A DNA stretch of 64,000 bases. Origin: Pecten maximus (lineage: Eukaryota). The stretch's first letter is position 1, and every line of letters begins with the position of its first letter. A model generated the notes under the pieces. It saw only the letters and a list, made by a program, of their open reading frames with translations, had not been told where the DNA came from and did not search any database. Positions 1-14,651 of this stretch are shown one piece after another. The position numbers were made by a program, and so were the translations under genes. The stretch is from positions 21,328,001 through 21,392,000 of the forward strand of contig NC_047028.1 of NCBI RefSeq assembly GCF_902652985.1, read 5' to 3'.

Positions 1-272
1 TGCAATGCTGGGAGTACAGAATTAAGCAAAAGTAATTGTCTTCAGAATAATAGAATAATTTCTCAAAAGTTTTGTTTTTCATTTTTACACTAATAAGCTA
101 AACAACACAGAGTAATTGTTATAGTGTTCAAACTGATGTTCGTTGAGAAATTTGAAAACCCAAATATTGAAATCAACAGCTGGTCACAATCTTTAATAAA
201 TCAATCAGAACTCTAATAATCAATCAGAATTCTAATGGAAATGATGAATTAAGGTTAAAATACTACACATAC

Positions 273-3200
273 CTGTCACAGCATCATCTTGGTATAAGTT
301 AAATTTAAGTTGTTCATAAACATCTGGAATAAACACAAAAATATATCAATCAGTTTCAGATTGATCTTTATAACATGCCTATCTTTTAGATTTAGTCTAA
401 TTATATAAATGAAAGTGATATATTTTTTTTTAATAGCATGAATTATGTAAAGAATTATTTTATTCACAATTTAAAATATTTTATTTTGTGAATGTCAAAA
501 GCTTCAACACAATTTGTATCAACAGACATTTGGATAGCATATTCATTGGACCATTTACCTTGTCTAGCGGTTCCCATAGCAGCCAGTCCAACACCTAAAC
601 ACCCTCCATGTCTAACCATCTATAAAACAGAAAGGTCACATACCGTAAAAAACTTAATACATCCAAGAGGAATAAGATTTTTATTTACGATTTTCAACAT
701 GAAGTGATGACTAAAAATAATGATATGAAAGTGAATTAAATTTTTTTTCAATTAACAATCTTTTCATTTTAATTAAAATTATTAATATTTTGTGAAAGAT
801 ATTCATATAATTGTAACTTACATCTGTCGATGCATCTTTTAACTGGTTTAATAAATAATCTGTAATCTCTCCTCCATGGTTCGCATGGATCAAACCTGAA
901 ACACAACAGGCATATACATATAAAGTAGGGTGATTATAAAAACCCAGGTCTAATGGCCTGAGACCTGTAGATTTGGTCTTATTTAAGTTTTATTTCTTGC
1001 CCTGAAAAGTAAATACTTCGCCAATCAAACAGAGCAACATACCTGATTTGACTGTTGAATTATGATTCTTAAAGGAAAAATCCTTAATATCCAAGAATGC
1101 CAGATTATGATCATTTTTTACAAAGCTAAATCATTTTCAATCCTACATATTCAATTCAAGAGTTGATGGAAAGACTGCAAAGTGAACTATTTTATAAAAA
1201 TCTTCAAAATATAATGATTACAAAACAGATCTATTAAATAATCAATATTAAGAGTAATAATTTTGTTTAGGCTTCCCATTGAAACTATAACAATAATGCT
1301 CAGATGAAATTCAACTTCAGGAGAATAGAACCAGCAAGAACAGCTGCCTGATATAAGGAAAAAATATCACAATCTTATCTTGTAAAATAGTCTTGCTATT
1401 CGTAATATTTTGCATATTTATCAACAAAAGAATAATAAAACTTTTCAGCATACCTTGCTTCTTTATTAATTGGATTTCTAATTTAATAATTCACATAAAA
1501 AGTTGTTTACCTAGAGCATATAAGCCGCCTCCTTCTGAGTAAGCTGATCCTGGGCCGGAATCTTTGGGTAAGTATGTTGACATTAAATTAAGTGCTTCTT
1601 TTTCATGACCCTGAAAAATACAAAACGTCAATTACAGCATCACCCATTTCTGTTACTTACATTGAATTAATGGTGATAAAACGATATAGGTTTCTCACAG
1701 TAATTCTGATTCACCGTTTTCAAATGATTACAATGTAAAAATAGTGTTTTAGTTACATTCTACAGAAATTTAACTCAAATTGGAAATGTACCGTAATTTC
1801 CTATGTATTGCCAGAGGACTATCTGATGACCAGTCAAATATGATGACTAACAATTACTAATACTTTGCAGTTTGAAGAAAAAAATTAGCATAAAACTTTG
1901 TTGTCAGCGTTTGTTCTCATTCACTTACCCTGTGTATCGTTCCTAAACTGGCAGTAGCTGAAAATTTGGCCCAATTTGTTGCTCTTGATAACCATTCCAA
2001 ATTATCTCTGTAACAGAACAATACTTGTGCAGCCTTTCACTTCGTAAGTTGTAACAGTAGTTTTTTATTCAAAGATACACATCATAGCCTATATGCAGAT
2101 GGCTATAGTTTTTAAATTACTCTGGAGCATTGTAATAACAAAAAGTAGCAATAAAGATTTTGGTTTGTTTATTGTATTGTTTAATGTCCTGTCTTTGTCA
2201 TTTCAGGATGGCCTCCCTTGTGTGAAAACTGTTGGCATGTTACAAGAGTGTGTCTTTGGAAGGCTGAGGTATGTTCATGCGTGTCGCCTTGTGAAGGTGT
2301 GGAACAGATTCGACTTTTGTGCTACCTCACTGAAGCATGCTGCAGAGGACACAGCAGGACACCTGACCTTGACACATTATACTGACAACAGGCGAACCAT
2401 TTGTCCTACACCGAAGCAACAAAGACACTAATCTATATTCATGTAACCGATATGTTTAGATGCTATTCTAAGTGTATAGCTGTTTTTCTTATCTCTAGGA
2501 AAGTTCTATCTGCGCTGTATAAGTTAAGACAGAATTTAAAGAAATGATATAATGTCTGATGGAGACTTATATTGATATATTTTCAACATTTAACGTTCTC
2601 ATTAAGTCACATGAGGACAGTGAACTGATCAAGCAGTTATCAAAAGCAACATATTCCTACTCTCCATTGTTTATCTTATACATGGGAAAGTTTCCATTTT
2701 CTGAACATAGCACATGGGAGGTAACTCACAATCTATAACATCATGTATACAGCTATATATTTCTCTAATTTCTTTAATTCCATAAATAGGTATAAATTTA
2801 TTTTTGTGTTTCACCACAATATTTTGCATTTAATAAATTAAGTTGATTAGTGGATCAGGGTAAATATCATCCTAACTTATATCTAAACACCATATTGATA
2901 TTCTTCCTTTTTATTATACCATTCAGGCATTTGTAAACAGTTTAGTCTTCACCTCAGATAAAGTGTATTAGGAAAAATTCCAATAATGTATCATTAAATC
3001 CAAAACATTTTTAAAAAGCTGTGTCAAGACATACACACACACAAAAATCACAAAAAAATGTCAAAATTCCTTTAAGATAACAAAACTACAATTACAAGCT
3101 GTTGGGGTAAAAATCTTAAATGTCGTGTAGATTCTCTAACGAAAACAATTGAAGAGGTACCTTTACTGATTATAAGAAATCTAATTCATATTTAACTCAA

Positions 3201-6200
3201 GTTTATTTTCACTTGCTTACCTGAGAAATTGATCACAAGTTGTTCCACAGTGCATGTATGAGTTAGCGATGACAGTAGCTGTATGACAAACGGAGTTACG
3301 TACGGCTTCCTGTAAAACACAATATTCTAATTCCTGTAAGGACTAACACGAATCAAACTGACCACTAACTTCTTATAAAACACAACATGACAATCTCATT
3401 CCAGTCAGGACTAATACAAATCAATCAGATGATTTACTTCTCATAAAATCCATTGTTTAAGAAATGAAGGGTCAATGAACATGTTTATTATGGCATTTTT
3501 TTTTTCAAATCTGCATCAGTAAATCTGATCACATCTCTCTGAATAACCTACACATTGTCTTCATTAATCAATAATATGTCAATTTTAATACTATGTCTCA
3601 TTAAAAAATTTGAAAAACAACTTGCCTTTTAACATCATGTTTATATTTCTTCTTAGTGACAAAACCATCACTCTAATGTATTGAGCGAGGTGCGCAAAGC
3701 TGTCATTTTGACTACCTGATCAAGAGTTTACTTAATATATATCCAGGCTTGATTGAATCTTGTTAAAAAAACAGTTACTGCATTATTGAAAAATAGCAGT
3801 GATATAACATGTCGATGGAATGTTAAGGTACAGGAAATAAAACTATTGTGCAGTAAGACAATATCCGAGTTGAAAATAAGGTCAATTTTGTCTCGCACAG
3901 AAAGATGACTCATACATTTAAGGTAAAGTAAAGTTTCAACATGACACCAAATGGAGTATATATACTTAACACTGACCTTTGTGTTTTTCAGTATGAGCAT
4001 ATCTGTCTTGTTGTTACGGATGAGGAACTGGAGATGCAGGTTGATAGTTACATCCCCTGACAATATATTTTTCAGCTTCATCATGTTGTCCTGTACTTTC
4101 ACATCAGCCTCACTCTGAAATGTCACATAAAAGCAACTTTTATTTATTAAAATGTACTCAATTTTTTTTCTCGCCTATTTCTAAGTAACAATATTTAAAA
4201 CATCTGAAGAACATATGGTTTTTATGGCAAACATTGAATTAAGACATATTGTCTGTATTAGCAAGAAAGTGCAAGAGAAACGGGAATGGCACGGGCAATA
4301 TACACGTGGGCCTGTAAACAGCTATACATGGTTAGGACTTATGAACACTACACATGGTAAAGGCCTGTAAACAGTATACATGGTAAGGGCCTGTAAACAG
4401 TTATACATGGTTAGGACTTATGAACACTATACATGGTAAGGGCCTGTAAACAGCTATACATGGTTAGGACTTATGAACACTATACATGGTATATGGGCCT
4501 GTAAACAGCTATACATGGTAAGGGCCTGTGTCCATACACTCACCTCTGGTTCGACCTTGCCAAGCTGTACCTCTCTGTTAAAAAAGAAAAGCGAAACTGA
4601 AGAAACAGACAAAAATCACTTATTCTCATTCCTTTCTGATTGATAATGATTTTTTTTTTAAATGTTTGGTTTCAAAAAGACTTCCTCATAATTTTCAATG
4701 CACATTTTAATGTTTTAGAAAAATAACATAAAACTAAACTGAAAGAAAAATTTATCTTTATTATTAATATCATTTGAAAATATTGATTCTTTTGCCAACA
4801 ATTAATTTATTCAATTTTAACAAATGATTGTAAAATGAGCTAAGTTTGGATTTTAATTGTGAAATGTTCCTGTCTAGCTTGAATGATTTCTATAAGTAAC
4901 AATTAGACATTGCATAACACTTATTAGTAAATGTTTCCTGGCAGAAATGACATAAATAAAAATAATTTTTTAAATACTATGACATATATACCCAGATTCT
5001 CCATCTTTCTCCTCCTCCTTAGCATCTGACACTGTGGTAACAATTCGTCCTTTCTCCGTCCCAGTTACTGAGGTGCGGAGTCCGTTGCCGACTCGCAGGA
5101 GGAACTGCTGAGTGGCACTGTCGTACAAATCAAAGGCGATCTGGTACGCCATCAGGATGTCATTCTGTGAAATAAGAAAAACATACAACTTATAAATCGG
5201 GACTTCATAATTTAATTTCAGACACAAACTGTTAATGCATTATCCATAGTATCTTAATTACCATATTTATTTCTCAACAAGCCAAGTGAACTAACGCAGA
5301 ACTTTCAATTTAGGGGGTGAACTTATTACAGCACAATGGAATCTTTGTTGGCACTTTTACTGAAAAGCAATAGCAGCCTTATTGCAGGATACATATGGTA
5401 CATTTGCATACTGTTAATAAATTCAAGAATTCTATGAGTATTTTAATTATATGACTTGTGAGGATGAATAGAATCTTTCCCTACCTTGAGGCTGTGACAG
5501 AGAAATCTTCCCGAGCGTTAAACAATCAAGAATATATACCAAGGGTTGGAGATTTCTATGTCACATCCTCAAGGTAAGGGACGACTAGTTTTCCTCCCAT
5601 CAGACAATTTTTTTCCGCAGAGTCCAGTTGTTCAATATTGTAAAAAATATTACAATGCAATACAATGTTCATGCTATGGAATTGTCGTCATGATGTCATT
5701 GTATTGTTGTTGTGATGTCATTGTATTGTTGCTGTGATGTCATTGTATTGCTGTTGTGATGTCATTGTATTGTTGCTGTGATGTCATTGTATTAGGTTGC
5801 ATGAATGTGCTATCTGTTATACCATGGGGGTGACAGAGAAATATTGAACAAGTAGAATGGGAGATAAATCTGTAAACGATAGGAGAAAGTGCTGAAATGA
5901 AATATGGAACAATTTGATTACAAAGAGGACCCCTAAAATTGAGAGTATGTAAGAGAGAACAAATCAAAAAGGCTTTCAACTCTAACCTTCAAATTTGTAT
6001 ATCTATCCTATTGAATTATATGAAAGAGGGTATGTTGAATGTTACCTCAGATCCTTGCATCAACTTTTCCAGGATCTCAGTCACTGACTGGGGATCGTCC
6101 AAGAAAATGTAGCACTGAAAAATAAATGGGTATTTTGATACATCGATTATATCACACCTATCTTATATGTAACAAAATTTGTAAAGTCAGTGTAATCCTG

Positions 6201-9200
6201 ATAGGTAAGAGACCATTTACAAAATATTTTGTTAATATTAAAATTAAGAGGAGCGATTAAAATAAAAATTAAAACAAACTGAAAATTGGTAAAGCAATTT
6301 AAAGTTATGATAGCTATGATAGCCTCAAATACAATATAATTCCACATTTGCCAGTGCTTTTCTTCATTCTCAAAAACATAGGCCACTTGGAACAGCTTCA
6401 GTACCTGGCAGACATTGATGTAGTCGGGTGTGCCAAGTTCCATGTAGAGTTTAGTCAGTACTGTAAGGATCTCGTTCCTGAACTGACGATGTTGTATCAG
6501 GGACATACACACCTTCAAGCTGTAGGACAACATGGCTGCTACATCATCCTGGAAGATACATAAAATTAATATCGAGGTGGTCGGGTAGCTCAGTGGTAAC
6601 ACTTGCTTTTCCCATAGGCAACCCAGGTTCAATCCTCAACCTGATGTGAAAATGTATGTAGTCACCTATCTGTTCAAATGTGTTTTTTTGTTCAAATGTG
6701 GTTTTTTTCAATGTACTCTAGTTTCCCCCTACAGTAAGATTCATCACATGCTTATATGTGTATCAACAAAAGTGATTTCTATCAGTTGATAAAACTTTCT
6801 TTTTTCGGGTAGGGAGAATAGTTGATAGTTTTGAAATCTATACTTGTAGTTATGTTTTATCACATATGATATTTTTTTCCTCAAATGTGAAATAATCAGT
6901 CCTAAAAGTGCAGGGGAAACCTCATGATTAAAGTTTTCAAACTCCCAAATGTTTTTCTTTCCGATGTAACTTACACTTTCCAGGATGGCTCTTCGGAAGA
7001 TGTCAATCCTACGTGTCTCCAGTGCTATACCGACAGCCTGTGTAACAGAGAAAACCACTCAAAACTATACAACAATTTCTCAAATACCTGAATTACCTAT
7101 CAGTGTTCAAAATATAATTATTTACAAAAAAACTGTACACTTTAACTTTAAGTACATTCATAATCATCCAAAGTTAACAAATAAAAAGATTTGTTTTAAA
7201 TCTTGCTTGGACTTTTTTCTATGTGGAGATATAGTTTGATTTATAGGCAAGTGAGTAAGGACCATTCCCGAATTATCTGTGTTGGAGGGGAGGGAGGCAC
7301 TTGTTTATAAGTTTGATGGGGGTAAATCCACATTTTTCTAAATTTCCTTACCCGTATACTAAATATGTTTAAATATCTAATTGATGTTGGGGTCTCTGAA
7401 AAATGCCTCCAACCCCTCCCAATTGGAGAATTTAATGATCATTAGTTTGGTCTATATATAGGTAAGTAAGTAACAACATTTTGTTAATCAGTATTATTCC
7501 AATGTTTTATTCTTTATCGTTCTTGTTGTAGACTACTTAATAGTATAAATTAAATCAGGATAGTTTTTAATTGGAATAATGAGTTACTGAAAACATGTTT
7601 TATTTCTTAAAGTTTGCTTCTCTTGTTTTGCTTGATTAACTTCTTTTTTAATAGTATTAAATCATTTAGAGATTTTGACAAGATTAAAATTGGGAATTCT
7701 TATTAACAAATAAAAACAAAATCCAGAAAAAAAATAAATAAATGAAAAAGATGATAGTCTAAGATTTAAATTTGTTTATGCCATCAAAACTTTTTTGGAG
7801 AAAATAATTGATAGAATATGTCATATTCATATTCTCTCTGTATTGATAATTAACATTTCATTAACATTTAATTCCTCTAACCTGTTTGTACTGTTTGTCA
7901 TCAAAACACCGCTGGAACATCCGGTTAACGATGGCCTCCAGGCGGGGGTCAATGTCTTTTTTATCATCTCCATGTCTGTCTGTGTTTCCCTGCATGCCTT
8001 TTGTGTAGAAGTCAATACACTTGGCTACAACACAAAAAAATCAAACAAATTCAACAATGGATAAGAATATAAAAGCAGATCCCTAAAAACCAAAAATAGA
8101 GTATGAAGTAAATTTTAACACCAATTGCTAGCAATTAATACACAATCTTAATGTAAAAACATTGAATAACTAAAATTCAAACTAATAGTTTGCAAATTAT
8201 TCTTCACAGATTTCCATGTGTGATACACAACTGGATATGAATGTGGAGTAATACATATTTAGAATACAAGTGTTGAGTTCTATTTAGATAAAAGAGTGTG
8301 GAGTTAAAATAAAGATGACAATACCAATTGTGGTCTCCACATATTCGGTGGTGGCATTAACATTGAAGAGACCACCAGCTCCGAGGGCGTATGTCAGAGA
8401 TTCCTCAAAAGCTCCCAAGTGGTAATACACCTGGGAAAGCAACATTTTACAAACAATATAACTAATAAAATCAATATGAAGATTATGACTGACGATAATC
8501 TTTGGAATATCTTTAATGTGTATTGACAATAAAGAATCAGGAGAAAATAATTTCTTTCATAATTGCAACATTATGAAAAGATTTTCCTGTCATGGAATGA
8601 AATAAATTTGATTCTAATAAATTTTCTTGATATGTTATTGCAAAAATACCTTCAATGCAATTAAGTTTTGTTTCTAGAGAATGTTTGCAGCCAAAAACAA
8701 ATGTAATAAACTAGTAAGAGTACTACTGTATTAATTTAACATGAAATATTTTTTCTATGAAATTAAACTTAAAACATATGTATCACAGCATTCATTCCAA
8801 ATGACAACTTGTGAATGTTAATAGCCTTTACATTTCAGAAAACTCTATATTCTTCATTATATAATATCAACAAAATATCTGGTGACCAACTTCCGAATTC
8901 AACAATGCATACCTTTGATGCTACCAGAGCTGCCAGTTCTTTGTTTTTAAAAGCTACATCTTCATACAGAATCTCACTGGAAATAACATACAAAGAGATT
9001 AATGCATGTTTACATCTCGTTCTGGTTGTAAATTCAAAGTAAAATCCTTAAAAAAAAAAAACTCATATTGATAAGTGTCATACTTGAAAGTGTTCCTTCT
9101 AATTTAAGATTAAAATGACATTTACATATACATGTGTTGGTCTATTTGTTAAATTCAATATCAAAAAATTTAAGTTGAATCTGTATTAAGCGACCACTCA

Positions 9201-12200
9201 AGGGAAGTTGAAAAACGGTCTCTTAATGGGAGTGGTCTCTTAATAGACATTGTGTATATTTGATAAAATAAATGTTCCTAAGCTTTTTATTAACCTTATA
9301 CATTTGCAATAATGATGTACATAGGAAAAATAAACCATCCATTTGAACAAACCAACAAAATTTTTCTTTATTATCATTCTCCTAATTTTTTTCATTATAT
9401 ACATTTTTTGTAATTCTTTTGCATAGCAAAACATATTGATTTAACACTAGAAATATATTTTATTGGTTTAATAGATTATTTTCCAATGCCTGTATATATA
9501 TTTATATATATATTTCAATTCCTGAAATCTTGGTCCGGACATCCGCCCCGATTATTAGTTCATTATAATTACTGCATTTCCTACTTGATAAACGGCGTTT
9601 TTTCCCCTGGTAAATATCTCTTTTTTAACATCTCAAAAAAGATAACAAATCACGATTTAACTGTAAGTTGAGTGTTCATGCATTCATCAATTATTATATA
9701 TCTCATGCATTATGTAGTTTATGAGTTAAATTGTCAGAATTCTAGACTGTCTCTTTGCCTCCTCTCCCGTCCTTATATTATTCACAAAAAGTAATATTAC
9801 TTGGGTGTTATCAAGGCGAAAATGATAATGGAAGACATTTTGGAGACTTCTGGTCACTGATAAGAGAGTTACCGTTATCACAGGAATGAAAAATTGCGGT
9901 CGCTGGTCCCGTAAACAGAGGGTCGCTTAATAGAGTTAAAATATATAGCGAAAAGACTCAGGAGGGATTGAAATGGTCACTTAGAACAGAGAGTCGCTCA
10001 AAAGAGATGGTCGTTAGGACAGATTTGACTGTAGCATATTTCTTCAAAGTAGTGGATTTTTCACCCTTGATATGTGTACCATAAGTGATCATAAAGGTAA
10101 GAACCATGTATGTACTTACATCTTATCAACAGCCTCAGAAATCTCTGCCCAAAAGACATCAACGATCTTATCTAGTTTCTCTAAAGCAAACACCTGTTGA
10201 AACAAAATCAAGTTATCATAATGATATTATATATATACGGTACCATATATGGTATGCATAGTTATAAAATAAACATACGTTAAAAATTCAAAACATTCAG
10301 AGTCTCTGGATTGCATTTAATTCTTTTTTTTTTTTTTACTTTTAAGTAGTTGAAATCTCATTGTTATGTGTAATTATTAAATGATTGCAAGTTTTAAAAG
10401 CCCTGATGATTGCCAAAAGCAGGTGCAATAACTTCATGATTTCAGAACATCTAAATTGTTAAATGATATTACATAAAAATAATACATTAACACACACCAT
10501 AAATGCAAATATAACATAAAAACTTGTGTAATTGGCACAGTGTTTTTTTGTACTGAAATAAAGTTTAAAGTTGGGGGTGCGCAACTGCTACATGTATACA
10601 GCAGCCATTCTGAGAGAAGCATAACACTCACATCCAAGCGGACATTATTTTTGTCGTCATTTACCGCATTAAGCAGGTTTATTGGGCTAATTAATTAAAT
10701 TAAACTTGTGGCGATATATGCAGAAGTGATTACTTAATTTTACTTTTCTTTCAAAGTGTGTGTAAGTTTGAGCTGATAAATGTTCATAAAGCTGTGTGCA
10801 TGGTGGTTACTGTAGCTTTTCCTCTTATACAGTTGATTTAAAGAAAATAAACAAGACACAATTTTGCCATTTCCACATTACAAATACAAAAGATCAGATT
10901 ATTTTCAATGAAAATTCATCATTAAGTGTTTAGTAGAATTATTTCAAGCAAAGTTTTGTGCCAATCTGTGTTAGTGTCATTTTCATACAACGTTTTCGGG
11001 AAAGATCTCCTTGACATCATTTTTGGTCAAAATTTTTTCATGCGCATAATATACGGATAGCTAAATTTATTTTCAGCATTTTCAGCCCCAAAAAGTACAT
11101 GAGCAAATTACACTGGTGTGCAAATTACACAGGTTTTTACGGTATGTAATATTAAAACATGTTTAAAATACATATTTAGGTCACCATATAAAAACATTCT
11201 GATTTGATGAAACATTAAAAAAAAAAAATTTTCTTCACAATGTTCAAAAGATATTTATTTCTATTACAACCCTGACATGTGTTCATTTGAAGGTTGATGA
11301 ATCTATATTGTACTAGTTCGTTTTATTTTGATGTTTTTTCAGTAAAGTATGCTAAGTACATACATTATGTACATGTATAGTTATGTAGCAGGCCGGGTTT
11401 AATTGCAAATACTGCACATAGTTGTATGGTCGCCTTCTAGTTTAGGTTAGGGGTACTCCTATAACATAAGAGGCTACTGTTCGGCTCTTTTTCTATCGGA
11501 TGGCGCCTGTCAAAAATATATCTCCGCTTAAAACCTCTAACATTGTTGGAGTAAGGTTAGGGTGAATTTCTCTTTAGCTCAGTCAGTAGAGCGGTGGACC
11601 AGTAAGCCGAGGGTCGCAGGTTTGATTCCGGCTGTCAGCACACTATTACTCCCTGAACTTTTACAGTTAAAATATTTCACTAATTATCAACTCACAATCA
11701 CAATTATTATTAACACACCATGTGAACTTTCAGTTTAAAAAAATAGCACGTAAACAAACCTTTAACTGTGGTTCTGGTTCATCCAGCAGGGAGATAACCC
11801 CAGCTGAAAAAAAAAAAAATATGTGAAATAGTTCTGAAAACCCTGCTCAATACATTGTCTTCACACGACTTTGAAGAAATTCCCTTACATAGAAAATCTA
11901 AATTTTGAATCTTGCTTAACATTTAATTAACATACAGATTTCATAGAATATAACATTTCAACTAAATAAAATAATGTGTAGCTAGATATCTATATCAAAT
12001 GACATCATCATTAAATTGTGAAGTCATCATAAAGTCATGATCTTAACATTAACAGCATTAAAATGAAATCAGAAAGTTATAAATATAGTCTCTTTCCGAA
12101 TACATAATGGATTAGATCAAGGATATGAACTATGTCAATGATACTGATGTTGAATATAAAGTACAAATTACAAGGCAAAACGAAAATAGAACAAAGTCAA

Positions 12201-12503
12201 CGGAAGATATATCTAGAGCCAAATTGTATTACATATTTCAATAAGGAAAGAGGAAGGGTTTCATTATATTCAAATTAAAACCTCGATATACTACCAATAC
12301 TGTTTATGAGGTTTTGAAATCAGAACATGATTGGGTTTTTGTTCTATTTCACAAATGTTCAAAATTCACTAAAACTAAAATGGAATAACAGTTAATCATG
12401 TGTCTCTTAGTAAGTGAAGATTACGGTCATTTATTTTGGCAGAGAATTGAAAAATGACAGGTAAAATTGTTTTCTTACCTGCTGAAGTTATGTTCATCTT
12501 CAT
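273..12503 (-). CDS. PSMD1: 26S proteasome non-ATPase regulatory subunit 1 (Rpn2), 5' part; gene continues beyond position 1
   Basis: 18 GT-AG exons in consistent phase: 12503-12479, 11803-11760, 10193-10120, 8976-8913, 8430-8325, 8024-7882, 7037-6975, 6548-6405, 6114-6046, 5164-4992, 4574-4544, 4114-3977, 3309-3221, 2007-1929, 1610-1511, 895-822, 619-559, 323-273. Translation ([15 protein letters not shown]...FWAEISE...[10 protein letters not shown]...GIALETRR...HLQFLIRNN...RATNWAKF...GHEKEAL...IHANHGG...[10 protein letters not shown]) closely matches vertebrate PSMD1. Confidence 0.97.
4305..4528. repeat. Intronic tandem repeat, ~26-bp monomers alternating into a ~52-bp dimer
   Basis: Units gggcctgtaaacagctatacatggtta / ggacttatgaacactatacatggtaa repeated next to the donor of the 31-nt PSMD1 exon. 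Confidence 0.9.
5688..5793. repeat. ~22-bp tandem repeat (tgatgtcattgtattgttgctg), ~4.5 copies
   Basis: Directly visible. Confidence 0.85.
6575..6755 (+). mobile_element. tRNA-derived SINE, V-domain type, degenerate
   Basis: A-box (gtagctcagtggt), B-box (ggttcaatcc), then V-core-like gtactctagtttccccctacag; colinear with copies at ~43565 and ~51800. Confidence 0.65.
9171..10033. mobile_element. Non-autonomous Tc1/mariner (pogo/Tigger-like) element
   Basis: Left end agttgaatctgtattaagcgaccac is an imperfect inverted repeat of right end tggtcgttaggacagatttgactg-TA; subterminal ggtcgcttaa/ggtctcttaa motifs. Confidence 0.6.
10513..11144. mobile_element. Non-autonomous Tc1/mariner-type element (CCGTA-type terminus), degenerate
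   Basis: Right end gtgcaaattacacaggtttttacgg-TA is an inverted match to left aacataaaacttgtgtaattggcac. Confidence 0.45.
11570..11645 (+). mobile_element. tRNA-derived SINE head or tRNA pseudogene (Thr-like anticodon loop)
   Basis: tagctcagtcagtagagcg...ggaccAGTaagcc...gcaggtttgattcc: D and T arms recognisable, acceptor stem unpaired. Confidence 0.5.
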
Positions 12504-12559
12504 TTTGTTGGCGTTATATTCAGCTGAAATGTTTTATTATTATCCCAATGACTTGACAA

Positions 12560-12630
12560 CTTCGGATCTCACGCCGGTTTAGTGTATTTCCGGTCGTCCT
12601 CGTTTTGGCGCAAACGAAACCGGAAATTCT
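12560..12630 (-). promoter_or_regulatory. Probable PSMD1 proximal promoter
   Basis: CpG-enriched patch 60-130 bp upstream of the ATG with ETS-like TTCCGG/CCGGAA sites and E2F-like TTTTGGCGC. Confidence 0.5.
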
Positions 12631-13517
12631 ATAATGTTAAACAAATTTGCGAATCTCACACATTTTAAGAAAAAACGAAAGGGTAACCTTAACAAAATTC
12701 TAAGAGTTGTGTGTCATATTGAAATATAATCAAATAAAGCTAATCGCTGCGTTGAAACAAGGCAGGAATCGAGAGTTGTGCATATAAATATGATTTAGTA
12801 ATAACGTCTTCTTTAACAACGGGCCTCGATCGCGATCTGTACTGTAGAGTACTCTAACATTAGCCGAGTCCGCGCTTGAACCGTGCTTGTGTAGATTTCT
12901 AGTTCTTTCCTATTTGGCCTGGCTTTGGTGGTTTGGCTACATATCATTGTACAATAGGCAGGTTTAATAGTCAATCTATCATTAGTGAACTGTCACATAT
13001 TGATTATCTTTGAAATAAGTTGGGATTTTTTATCATTAACATTGAAATTGAAACACTAGATATTACATATCTTGTAAATTTGCTTTTTGATATATAGGCC
13101 TATTAGTATTCCATAATAGCATATTTTACCTTTTATCTAGTCCTTGGTTTGCCCGTGTTTAATTTTTTTTATTACACTCTAGTCATGTCAATACAGTATT
13201 ATATTGCACAACATCAATGTTTTCCAAATGTTAATGAATATTTTTCTCAGATAAATTATATCGGAAATATAATAAAATTATTAACAGCGAAATCTCTCCC
13301 GATATTAATTTACTATGGATCACATGTCATATTTAGTTGACATTTTTACAGGATGAACTTATAATCAATAAGTATATCAACTGTATTATGTTGTTAAATG
13401 GATTTCGGGTAGTATTATATTGTACATTGTGATGTTTTTTTAACTTTGGTGATTTGATGCTGGTAGTATTTGGTGATAATACGTATGTGGATGATATTGT
13501 GATTATTTATGAACTAT

Positions 13518-13596
13518 AAAATTTACATTAACCTGACAGCTGTATATCTATCCATATCAGGGATAGATGTAAAGCTGTCAGGTTAATGTAAATTTT
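13518..13596. repeat. Near-perfect hairpin (36-bp arms, 7-nt loop)
   Basis: aaaatttacattaacctgacagctgtatatctatcc-atatcag-ggatagatgtaaagctgtcaggttaatgtaaatttt; 2 mismatches. Confidence 0.9.
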
Positions 13597-14651
13597 GTGT
13601 AATTATTGCATGTTTTATTATGGTCAATTTCTCTATAACTTTAAATCACATGGTCTTATGACGCAACATGATGAGACTGTAATAGTAAACAGTTAGTTGA
13701 GTATTGCCACAACTATAATACTGATGACTGATTGAATCTTGAGCTTGATAAAATGTTAACTAAATAAATGCTACTTCCATAACTTTATATTTAAATCCAA
13801 TTTAATCACTCCATCTTTGAAAGTACATTGGTACTAATAGCTGAGACTTGTATCAGCATAGTTAAAATAGTTCTTGACTATATAATACTGTTATTTTCAT
13901 TTTTACCAGAAAATGTGATGATAAAATATAAAGTGATTGAATTGACAAATTATTCAGACAATGTATCAGAGTGTGATTGTGTACTTGTAGTTTGGTGCGA
14001 GCTGAAGTGATTCTAAGAGGTTTGTGTGTAACTTTAGTCTGCAGTAATTTCTCACTTTTACCAAATTATATTTTGAGTATCCACATTCATTAATTATGAC
14101 ACAACCATATAATAGTTATGTCTTGAAAGGTCCTCTGTCTACTGTGATATGTCCTGTTCTCTTCTTATAAAACAAATCATGCACATGTACATTTTTTTAA
14201 ACTGAATATTCTTGTAAATTTAGAGTACTCACTTGATATTAACTTTTTCAAAATTGGGGACCAATTTTTGTTTTGCGGGGGGGGGGAGGGGGGGTATTAT
14301 ATATATGACAAATTTGTATTTATCACATATATATATATATCATCAACCATCAAGAGTGTACCCGAAATTAATTAATATCATCTTTTTATGTTAGTATATA
14401 TATTGTTCCGTAATTTGTGTCCGTCCATCACCGAAAGTTGTTTTTGTGTTTAGTTGAGAAGAATAAAAAATAAAAGTTGGAGGTAGCACGTGTTCGACAT
14501 TTTCTATATTGAATCACACTACCAAGCGACCCCCAACACAACACATGGCTATATCAAACGTAGTCATCTCATCTGTATTGTTCCCTAGTTAACATGGAGA
14601 CGTGTATGATATACATGTCTATGGTTAACTCAAGCCCGATTGGCGTGGTTT

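Noticed and set aside
11570-11645. Functional tRNA gene (also tRNA-like segments at ~37200, ~49115 and ~50905)
   Set aside because: Acceptor stems do not pair and arms are degenerate; better explained as SINE heads.
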